Assembly: GCA_013265495.1 (NCBI GenBank)
Contig: MU058423.1
Coordinates: 9,657,627 to 9,721,626 of the forward strand
Direction: 5' to 3'
DNA length: 64,000 nucleotides
Source of the DNA: Vicugna vicugna
Taxonomy: Eukaryota
Positions 26,050 to 36,700 of this stretch are shown here, piece after piece (the first letter of the stretch is position 1; each line of letters opens with the position of its first letter). A program made the position numbers and the translations under genes. The notes beneath the pieces were generated by a model, which did not search any database, was not told the DNA's origin, and saw nothing but the letters and a program-made list of their open reading frames with translations.

Positions 26050-26904
26050 AGTAGTTTCTGCTCTCTGGGTAAAATATATAAGACTAATCCATGGAAATTC
26101 AGAAAAGACGTTAGGGTAGCTTTAGAAAAGATAATATAGCTAAATTTCCCCATTTTAGAGATGAAAATCAAGACCCAGAGAGGTGTAATATTGTATTTCA
26201 ACCATTACAAGATATATAGTAATTTTTCACATATTAACATCTCAAAAACCAGTATGTTTTCTACAATTAATAGCATCTCACAGTGGCTGTTGGCTAGGTG
26301 GCTGTCACAGTATAGTTGCGTGGTAAGCATGAACTTGGTGGCATCACTGGACAACTGTCACTTCATGTTTCAGTGAACAAGCCACTTAGGGATAATTTGA
26401 TTAAAGCATAAGTCCTGGCTGTGGCCTAAAAACTTGTGTGTTAATACCTTCCAGGGAGATGTGCAAAGTGTCAGCCGTACAATTCATGTAACAGGTGTTA
26501 GTGGCTTGGAAAATAATCTTGGAGTTAATAGTAAAGCGCTCCTTTTAAGAGAAACTGGCTCAGAGGGCAATTATTACACATCAGCTACTCTTAGTAAAAA
26601 ATTGATTCAGAACAACTGACACTGACTCTTTCATATTTTCTTTCTTAATACTCTGTAACACTGATGTGTGAAATATCTATGTCTAAATAAATCTAAAAGA
26701 GCTCCTTTAATAAGCATAAAATAAAAATTCTAAATGATAAGGAAACATGTCATAGTTTGACAAGCTTTTCCTTCTTAGTGCAATATCCTTTCTTCTAAAT
26801 CATTATGAATACAGTTTCATTCATTCCTATCACTTCAGCTGTTTTCCTATAAGCCATGTTATTATCTATTCATACTCTGTCTGAAGGAAAGGACCAAAAT
26901 GTTC

Positions 26905-29451
26905 CAATATTGATGAAGATATCTACTCTTTATTTCTATGATGTTAGCACAATATACTCACACAATAGCTTTGATCTGTACTTAACAAAATACATTATAG
27001 CACTTTACAAACTTTATAAGTTTGGAAAACATTGCATAACATTTTATTAAACACAATACTTTATATATGTCATATATATTTTCATAATTTTATTTACTTT
27101 AAAAAGATAATTAACTCTCTTTATTCAATACTTGGTTTTATCAGTAAAGCACAGCCTAACAAAGGAAGAAGTGCTCTCATTAGCAAATAAGATCCATAGA
27201 ACACTAAGAAGAGACACCACCTGTTAGTCTCATTTATTTTAAATTAAGGTACCAGTGGAATGTAAACAAATTTTTTTGTAATTTTTTTACAAAAGATGTG
27301 TTATCAAATATACATGCAGAGGTCTGAGTTCTAACGACTATCATTATATTTCCTTAACAATGTGGTACAATTTGTTAAGTCATTAAAAACTGTAGCCTTT
27401 GGCACTTGGAGTAGAAAAAGAATATATCAATATTTATGTAAAGAAAAACAAAACTTCAATGACTAGAGAAGTACTTTTAAAATCTTTTGTTAAGAAATAG
27501 GAAAGATTAGGAAATATCATACTGCACCTGAAATGCTGCAGTTTTTTTTTTTTTCTTCAGAGTACTAAAACCAGTCCACCTTTCTCTTAATAAACTGGCA
27601 AAAGCCATTAGGAGTGTCATGACGGTGGTGGAGGTGAGAAGTGGGGAAGGCAACATTTTATTCCCACTCCCCTCTCTGAGAAGGAAATTGCCAGAAGGGA
27701 TATAGTTGAATCTGTGTTTTATTGCCAGAGTGTTCAATTCTGCTGGTTTCAGCTAAAACCCTAATGCTTTAGGAGGTTGATTACTTAGAAAGCTCTGCCT
27801 TTTTCCTGTAGAAGTCGATAAGGATGTGGTACTATCCATCTCTAAACAACCACTTCTGTTTCCACTGAAAACTAAATTGAGATCGGATCAACCAGCTTTG
27901 TTGTTACCTTTTATCCCCTTGGCAATCATCAAGTGTATGTTAGAATTCTTAAGTAATGGTGTAAAAAGGTTTAATACTAAATTAAAGGAACCGAATATGT
28001 CTTCATACTTAAAATAAAATTTTAAGTTGGAAAATGGCTTAAAATGTTTTTTTTTATTGATAATACTGGTTTCCTTTGATTTAGGCTGAAGGCTTCATTC
28101 AGGATAGGTAGCAAAAACTGTTGTTTGCATGTTAAGCACAAAAATTGTGCCTATTTAGATATTTTGAAGAAATACAGTCTTAATTTATACTGTGAGATAC
28201 TTTCACTTACCAGTTTGCATTTTTTTTCCAAATTCTTCCTGTTGGTGTCCAATTAACAAAAATATTTTAGAGAAGAAGGTAAAACACACCTAGTGTGGCT
28301 CTAATTTACTGGTTATCAGGTTATCAAAAAAGTTAGTAATCTGGAAGAAAATGAAACTTTTGGATTACTTATTAAGATAGCAACCTATGCCAGCTGGCTG
28401 GAAACATCTAAGCGTAGACTTGACCAACATTGCTAGCACTGGAACCCACGATGTCAAGTTTTGGCTCATATTTCTTATTCAAAAATTCACAGCAGTATAT
28501 TTTGCTCTAGGAATATCAACTGTTACTTTTGCTTTAAAAATAGAACATATCTATAACCTCAAAAAAATCAATAAATAAAGGAGAAGCCATAAAATGCAAA
28601 ATATGATCACAATGATTTCAAAAGACTCTAAAACAATATATTTTTAATTATGCAAATTTACTTACTAAAAACAGATTCTTCATGAGCAGGAACCATAAAT
28701 AAAAAGTAAGCAGCAAAAAGCTATGAAGAAAAGTACTGGTTATTCTCTTCTACTGAAAATACTTCTACAATTTTTTTTTCCTTCAAAAAGCATAATTTTG
28801 AAGAAATGCACAAAACCTTTTCATCTTTTGACTGTGACAGAGCCACTACAGAGAAGCTGCGGGGTGTCCTATTCTAACACAAAGAAGCCAGCGTCTTCTT
28901 AATACAGGAGCATTTCTTTGACGAGGAATTGCACACCACTATTTCACAGCTAAGTAGACTTTGAAAGTTTACATGGTATATTTACTATAATAATCAGCAC
29001 CACCCATATGGAGCTTTTGGTGCAGATTCTGCAAAATGAAATATATAATACTGCATGGCCTCTGCTGTAGGGAAAGACGTGTGTTCCGGATTCCCACAGC
29101 TAATTGTAAAGAAAGACCCCTCAAGTTGGCACATTCAGGAAGTAGGATAGTATACACTGAAGGAAACCGCTTTCTCTTGATCCTGCCCTCTGCACACCTT
29201 TTGAGTTTGAAGGTCGGTCTTAAGAAGAGCCCTCCCATGATCACGTTGGTTAGGCTCTTGCTTGTGCTTTTCCCTCCCCTCGATGTGCAACCTACCAGCT
29301 TGAGTGCGGCAGTTCTCAAGAGTCACTGAGTTCCGGGCTGATGGTGGATAGTCCAGTGTGATGGGAAGGCTTCCTGAAGCGCGGGGACAGAGCACTGGTA
29401 GAATCGGCACGTGGTCCTCTGGGGCTGCCCAGGTGACTGGGTGGCCATCAC
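26905..29451 (-). other. PLPPR4: PLPPR4 3'UTR (distal end approximate)
   Basis: AT-rich sequence with no recognisable repeats, continuing from the stop codon to a cluster of minus-strand AATAAA hexamers at ~26.9-27.2 kb. The cleavage site is inferred. Confidence 0.65.
26929..27238 (-). terminator. Cluster of candidate polyadenylation signals (AATAAA on minus strand)
   Basis: tttatt on the + strand at 26929-26934, 27043-27048, 27089-27094, 27120-27125 and 27233-27238. Confidence 0.55.
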
Positions 29452-30777
29452 TCAGTCCTTGTAAGCCCGCGTCGGGGAGGTTCCTTTGTAGAAGATGTTT
29501 CTCGTGCTTTCGGGGCTGTTGCTTCTCTCGGGGATTAGGATGATGTTGCCCTTTCTCCGCAGGGTGGAGTCGCGGGAAGAAGAAACGGACAGGGTCTCTG
29601 ACGCAATCTCGCTGCCCTCCACCGGGGTGACGCGGATGGTGGCGATCCCGTGGTGGTGGTGCTCGTTGTTATCGATGTTGCTTCTCTTGCGGTCTCCAGA
29701 CCCGAAACTGTCTTTCAGGGACTCGCAGCTCTCTGAGTCCCTGTTGAGGTCGTTGAGCTCGTAAGTCTGGCGAAGGCTGCCCTTCTCAGGGGCCTTCCAC
29801 TTCCAGGAGCCGCTGCCCTCGCCCTCGGTGGACGGGATCTGAATGATGGGCCTGTTGTTCTCCGGGTGAGCCTCGACCCGCACAATCCCGCTGGGCTCGT
29901 GGTCCGTCAGGGTTTTGTAGCGGATGGAGCCGGTGCAGGAGACCGTGCTGCCTTCGGTGTTCTTGGGGCTGCTCTGCAGGACGCCCTGCTGCTTGGACAT
30001 GGCTATGACCTGCATGATCCGAGGCTGGCTGTTGCTCCTGCTGCAGGCCACCGTCTTCTCCGCCGCCTTCAGCCACTTGGCCCGGGCGGAGCTGCTTTTC
30101 GGGGAGGTGCTTATGTTTTCCTGCGTCTCCTCGGGGATGTGCACTAACTGTGAGGACCCGGGGCGGGGCTGAATGGACACCCTTGGCGCCCCAGGCATGC
30201 TGTTGTTGCAGCCAGGGACGGCGCCAGGCTGGATCTTGAGGTACTGATTGCCGGGACCGTGGTGGTCTCCGTTGACCCCCACCCTCGATGGCTCTGAGCT
30301 CGACCTCATTTCTATGGATCTGGGTGGTGACTGTCCGGGCTCGGTCTCTATAACCTGCAGGGACAACTTGCGGCTTTCATTCTTACTCTTCCACTGGGTG
30401 AGGAGCTGCTTGGACCGAGCGGAGTCCATAGAGGCGTGGATGGTGGCGTTCCTTCGGACGGGGTCTTCCACGGATGGGGTGTTGGCCCGAGGCAAGGTGT
30501 TGCTGAAGGTGACCATGTTCTCCTTCCCCATGGGGCTCCGCGGCGTGATGATTTCCACGTCAGCGTTGGCCCTTTTGAGGTTTGTCAGCGAGCTGGCATC
30601 TCTGTGGTTTCGGTTGAGGATGCCTTCTGTGTGAGCAATTCCGTCACTGCTGCTACCGTTCTTAGCAGATGAAACCCGGCTGGGGTCTTGGTTGAGGTCT
30701 GTCAGAGACCTGAGGGCTTCTCTGTGCTGAAATACACTCTCTTCACTAGGCAGAAAATTCCCCACAGCATACAGGCC
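29452..30777 (-). CDS. PLPPR4: PLPPR4 coding exon 7, long cytoplasmic C-terminal tail ([10 protein letters not shown]...RAYKD*)
   Basis: Acceptor ttcttccgacactag/GGC. In frame with ORF 29452..30765. TGA stop ends at 29452. Confidence 0.97.
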   Translation of the reverse strand, partial: GLYAVGNFLPSEESVFQHREALRSLTDLNQDPSRVSSAKNGSSSDGIAHTEGILNRNHRDASSLTNLKRANADVEIITPRSPMGKENMVTFSNTLPRANTPSVEDPVRRNATIHASMDSARSKQLLTQWKSKNESRKLSLQVIETEPGQSPPRSIEMRSSSEPSRVGVNGDHHGPGNQYLKIQPGAVPGCNNSMPGAPRVSIQPRPGSSQLVHIPEETQENISTSPKSSSARAKWLKAAEKTVACSRSNSQPRIMQVIAMSKQQGVLQSSPKNTEGSTVSCTGSIRYKTLTDHEPSGIVRVEAHPENNRPIIQIPSTEGEGSGSWKWKAPEKGSLRQTYELNDLNRDSESCESLKDSFGSGDRKRSNIDNNEHHHHGIATIRVTPVEGSEIASETLSVSSSRDSTLRRKGNIILIPERSNSPESTRNIFYKGTSPTRAYKD

Positions 30778-33700
30778 CTAGTGTCGGAAGAAATAATAAA
30801 TATCACGCACTAGAAGACATGGTTGTTAAGAGTTTGCCTTAGAGGATGTCCTGAAGCACATAAACAAGTCTGTTCTCTGGGTACCACTAACTAATGCAGA
30901 TAATCAAAAACTGAACGTACAATTGCTCAGGAAATAGTTTGTAAGTTACATTGTAAATCACAGAACTAATCACTCAGAAATACGGAGCCCATTATTTTTT
31001 ATTATTTGCTGGATTTTCTCTCCTTTCTCCAGACCATGGGATGCTTTTGATAATCTTATCCTCTGTGTGTTTTGAGAAGGAAAATCAGACAATAAGAGAA
31101 ATAAGGGGGTTCTTCCACTTTTCAAAGCAGTTTATCTCTCTGGATTTATGGACCATTTGCTGAGTGACACCTTAGCTGGCTTAGCTGATTTATTTTACCT
31201 TCCATTTTCAATCATACTTCATGATGGAAAGAAGAGATGTGGAAATACAGAACAGTGAATCCTTCATAAAACACAATGTCAGGTTTTGTAGTGAGGTCAG
31301 GGGCACATACTGTTACAACTCACACGAGTGCAGCTCAGTGTGTTCAGAACGTTCAGGGAAGGGAGGGCAGAGGCTGTCCCTAGATTGGGGCACCCCTGTT
31401 CTTCCTCGATTTAAACCAGGTCCTAAATTTGGGGAGTAATAGTTGATCTGCTCATCACTATTACACTAAATATGATCCAAATTTTATTTAGTTTTGTCTT
31501 CGTGCTCAAGTGATCAATTTTTTGTTTATTTTAGATTTGGGGCATAAAAATCTGAAAAAGGCTGAAGTTCAGATTCAGCATTTTTATCCTTTTTACTCAT
31601 AGAAGATCTAATCCCTGCTGGATTTTCATTTTTTGAGATGCTTAGTTTAGAGAAGAAAGCAAGCAGCAGATACATATTCTGTGCTAATTTCAACAGAAGG
31701 TAGCCACTGTCTTCTTTATAATCAACCTGAAGGAATTCCATGGATTTGACATTTACAGAATGCCTAACGATGAACAACAGCAGTGGCTTAGAACTGATCA
31801 GTTTACAATTTCAAGGCTTAGAGTGTAAACAGGAATGGAATAAAGTCAAGCTCCTGCCTCTCCAAGTACTTTGATTCTTCTAAATAATGCTGATCTACAC
31901 TCTCCTTCCTCCTGTTCCCTCACCCTCCACTTCTACGTGTTCTTTTCACGTGTCCCTCTTTTTGCAAATGCAGTTTCTTTAACTCAGATGCCTTCCTCCT
32001 TTCCTTACCCTAAGAAACTCTCACTTAAAAAAAAAATCACTTCTATGAAGGCTTTCTTAACTTCCTTAGGCAGTTGCTAATCCCAAAGTACTTTGTTCAT
32101 ACCTTGTTAAATCATTCAACATATTGCAACTGTTTATACTTTTATTAATCTTTGCACTGTAAACTCCTTAAGGATACATCTTATTACTCCTGGCACGATC
32201 AGATTTTGAATAAATGTAAAATAAATGAATGAATGCATGAATGAATGAATGAAATGGCCAATCTGATGATATTTCCTTGAAGGAAGATCAAGCTTGAAAA
32301 TAGAGTCCTGCCAAAGAATTCAGTGTAAGTTGGATCACAGTTCTATTCAGGTGCTACATTTATGTTGTTGGGTAAATGATACAATTTTCCATTAAACCTT
32401 CACTTTCACTAACCTCACATCTACTAACATTCATTTTCCTCATCTATAAATTTATACTTGTAATAGTAGCCCCTGACTTGTTCTGGGGAGGAGAGTGAGG
32501 ATAAAATGCAATAATCTTTCCAAAATTACATATTCTGGCCCACAGTAAGAGTTTAATAAGTTATTTTGCTGAAAGTGAGTTACGTGTTTTGGCTTAGAAC
32601 GGAGATGCGGCCAGAAATTTTCTCATAGATGCAAACTATATTGCAAGTAAATTATTACAGTGTGAAATATTCTATGCATGTTTTCCATTTTAAGCTAGAC
32701 TTTATCAAATAATAATGCATTACTTACCAAGTACAGAGCAATTCCTCCTCCTATTAAAAAGCCACAGTAGACGTCAACGGGGTGGTTCTTGTACTGGGTT
32801 ATCCGCGTCAGCCCGCAGATGATTCCACAGATGATAAAGGTGAAGACCAGGAGAGGTTTCAGAAGCTTAGAGGAATCCGTTAGTGTGGAGTTGAAGTACA
32901 TCTTAAGAATGAAAGAACTAGGTTAAGTATGTTAGAAAGGTCATTTTACTATGAAATTATAATCAAATAAAAAGTTAAACTCAAAAGTCTAACTGATACG
33001 CTCAACATCAATTTTACTGTCCCATTCCCCCTGCTATGGCTACGTTCCATAACTGAAAGAAAGGAAATATATGAGTAAAGTGATCAGATAGATAACAGAT
33101 CTCTCACATAATTACACAGAAGTTTGAAAAAAATAAAAGCAGCAGAATTAGCCAGATATCTGGTTAGACTTCGTGTTATTTGTCACACAATTTGAATCCA
33201 TTTTTCTCACTTAAGATCTAATGCTCTATTAAATAATCAGATAGGATGGCAATTCATTGTCCAGCATTTATCAACTTTACACTGACTTAGAACTCACTGT
33301 TAACATAAATACTGAAACAAAGGTGGGTGTGTGTGTGTACTTAACACAGTTCTTTCAATTTTAGAACATATAACATTCATGTAGTTCATAATATCCTTCC
33401 AAGAAGTATACTATTACGTTAAAGAGATATGAAGCTAAACAAATATCATGATTGTGTCAAAAATTATCGTACTGTAGTATTGTTCATAGCAGCATCCAAT
33501 TTCTACTCTCGATGCCATTGTATTGAGAGAGTGCTGTGTGAAGGTGTACTGTTGTGCTATTACACGGCTATATAATGTAATTAGCCATTAGAGACAACAC
33601 TCATTTCTCTTATTTTCTCTAGGACACAGTTTGATGAAAAAGACCCGGTTACTTACCGAAACGTACACAGCTGCAAAGGCAGCAAGAGTTGCATGTTGAG

Positions 33701-36700
33701 AAGGGAATGATTTTCTGCCAAAGGAAGACAGTCAAATTATGCCTCCTATTTCTGATACACTGCTAACAATCATCTCAAGAACACTGGGTGGTTAAAATGT
33801 TCAACTTAAAAGCAGCAAGGTAATAAGCAATAAGTTTAATTTCTGTTTAGTTTTCTAGAGCAAGATCTGAGTGATAAACACTGCTAATCACATTAGTCTT
33901 AAAGAAAAGCAGTGATGCACTTTCCAATATACAGTATTAGCTTTGTAAGGATCATTTCGTTACACCAACTGGAATGATGGTTGAAAGTAAAATGGAATGG
34001 AAAGCATTAAAATTGTTCATCGGTGTTATAATTACATCAGCTTAAAATAAAAGTTTATGAAACCTAAAATTTTAAAGCTTTTAAACTTTTTCTATGCTCC
34101 TAAGTATATGGTTTCATTTACATAAAAATTTAAAAGACAAAATTATTTTCTCACAGTAGTGGGTCTAGATGTGTTTTTTATATTCTAGAAAGCATAGAAA
34201 AAGTTTAATTTTAACAAAATGTTTCTCTGTCTATCCCACTTTAACATAATGATTATCTCAAGACTCACAGAACATCTAGTTCAGTTAAATAATTTAAGAG
34301 GCAAGGTGGGAGAGGTGGAACACAGTAAAGGACAGACAGAAGGAGAAGAGAGATTTCTTTTAATGGATAAAAAAATGGAAAAAATAAAATTCAGTTTTAT
34401 TAATGCCCTCCTAATTATTTGGTACCCAATAAAAAGGACTACCATTCAACATAGACAAGGTAATGAAAAAGGACAGAGAAAGAATAGAGAACACAGGTCT
34501 TATAGGTTCAAAATAGTCCATAAGAACTTGAATATGTATAATTACACAATATCAGGTTCTGATTCTTCAAGTGTTTTGATTTTGACCCAAATCGATCTTT
34601 GGGACTCACTGAATGACAAACACAATTCTTAAACCAATCATTTATTGCCCTTCATCCTTTTGTAATTTATTTCTTTTACACTTCTAAAATATTATCTCTT
34701 GCCATACAAATTTGTTTTTTACTTTACTGATTGAAAATTTAATAATTTAACACATTGGCAGTTTCTTAAATTTTCCTGTCTTTGATTTTCTGAAACGCAT
34801 GGTCAGACACTTTACAGAGCTTCTGGATTTATTCAAAGAGGACATATGCAATCCTAGGTGGTACCCCTTTAAAAACTCTACCACAAGGAAAATTCATGAT
34901 TTCTTTTTTAATAAAATATATAATGGAGCTGCAAATATCATAGATATTTAGTTTTCCTCTTCAGTTAATACAGGACACATGACTATAAGCCACAACTAAC
35001 TGTAAATATCTGAAACAAACCAGTTGTGATCACCTAAAACCATAATGAGTATAGGGTAGATCATAGAACACGAGAGGGGTTTGGTGATATGACAATCAGC
35101 GGCCTGACTGTGAGGCTGAAACCTGGAGACAGAGACAAGGATTTGGAATGAGGCACCACTGGGTTTCTGCGGTATAACTGCTGAAGAGCTCACTGAATTG
35201 AAACAATAAAATAAAACAAAATCATGACGACTGAGAAATGTGTGCCTACGATGATATCCCAAGCTATTCATGAAATGAAACCACCGACACGGAAATTCCC
35301 GAAATCCCCGTTTCTAACCTGCCGCTGTTGATGACTGTGAGGTCAGACCCTGAGCAGATGTCCTCCACAATGTAGGAATTCTCTTTGCAAGACACGTTCA
35401 GAGAGGTGTAGTTCGGCTTGCACACCGTCAGGAAGTAGGGCGCCTGGTACCCCGTGGACAGCTGTATGATGTCGGTGATGAGCGCGGTGGAGCAGAGCCC
35501 GAAGACGTGGACGCCTGCGAGCGGGAGGGAACCGTCACGGAGGAGCGCCCACTGCTGTCCCGAGGCAGCACCGGCCGCGTTCCCGGCGCGGCAGCGTCAC
35601 GGCCTCCAAACCGCCGCGATCGCCTTCTCCAAGTTTGTTTCGAGAAGACTGTAAGGACAATTCCTAAACTTCGGAGCAGACACTGAAGGCCAGAATAGGG
35701 GCGGTGAGGCTCTCCAAAGCAGTGACTGGAGGTGTTCTTGTCAGTTTGGCTAAACAGGGCCGGCTCTTAGTATTACTAACCAGAGGTCATGTGACAAGCA
35801 CCTGGACCGTGTTAAGGTGACCGACTGTGTGGCTGAGAAGGACTAGATATGGGAATGAAGCAAAATTCAAAATCGTCGTAAATTGCTCAGCATTTTGAAC
35901 TTCAGGGCTCGCTCTCCCCAGAAGTCCCTGACTCCAGCCACGGAATCAGAATCAGTTCTAACTCCTGGTAGTCATACCGGGGGTGCTAATTAAGACAGAG
36001 GAGAGGGCAGGCCAGCCTTGTCGTGGGCACAGTAATCACACAAGCACAGGGCCGGGGGCGCTTCTGGCATGCTTGGAATTCAGAGACGATATTCTTAAAC
36101 CTCCCAGTTGAAACTGTCTCCTCTTTTGTCTCCTGGGGCCAGTATTAAACCATAAACTACAGACCCTGACGCAGGCTTGTACACTCCACCTCCCCTCCTG
36201 CTTCAAGTCCCCGGCCTCATCCTTGGGAGTCTAGTTCTGCTCACATAAGCACGCCTGCTCCATCTACACTGTCTGTACACCCTGGATCCACTCTGACCTA
36301 ACAGCCTGGATTCTGATTCGTGATCTGCTCATAGAAATCACTGTGAGAGGCACCTGGGTGGCTTGTCAGGGACCCCTCTGGACCGAGATCGCTGGCCTGC
36401 ACATTACCCTCTTCTGCATTTTCCTTCTCTGCTTATTGTCACCTAGCAACCACTCTTCCAATTCCGTCTCCCCCCAGGCACCTGGGATTCATGGCTCTGG
36501 ACCTTTCTTCCTTCATGCTAATTCCCAGCAGCAAGCAAGCCCTTGGGGAGGAGTGCGGAGAAGTGAGGAACCCACTCCTTTCCACCTTCGGAGGATGAGA
36601 ATCTCCAGGCCCCACAGATGAGCGTTGCTGACCCTGGGTCACTGCTCTCTAGGGCGGGACGGCCCATCCTCACAGTTGGGAGGCTTCTCAGAGGGGTTAT

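Noticed and set aside
28969..29543. ORFs of 60-116 aa in the proximal 3'UTR
   Set aside because: No recognisable homology and they overlap in several frames, consistent with chance.
29495..30672. Several plus-strand and alternative-frame ORFs (78-128 aa) overlapping exon 7
   Set aside because: Shadow ORFs expected from a GC-rich coding exon. No independent promoter, splice structure or recognisable domain.
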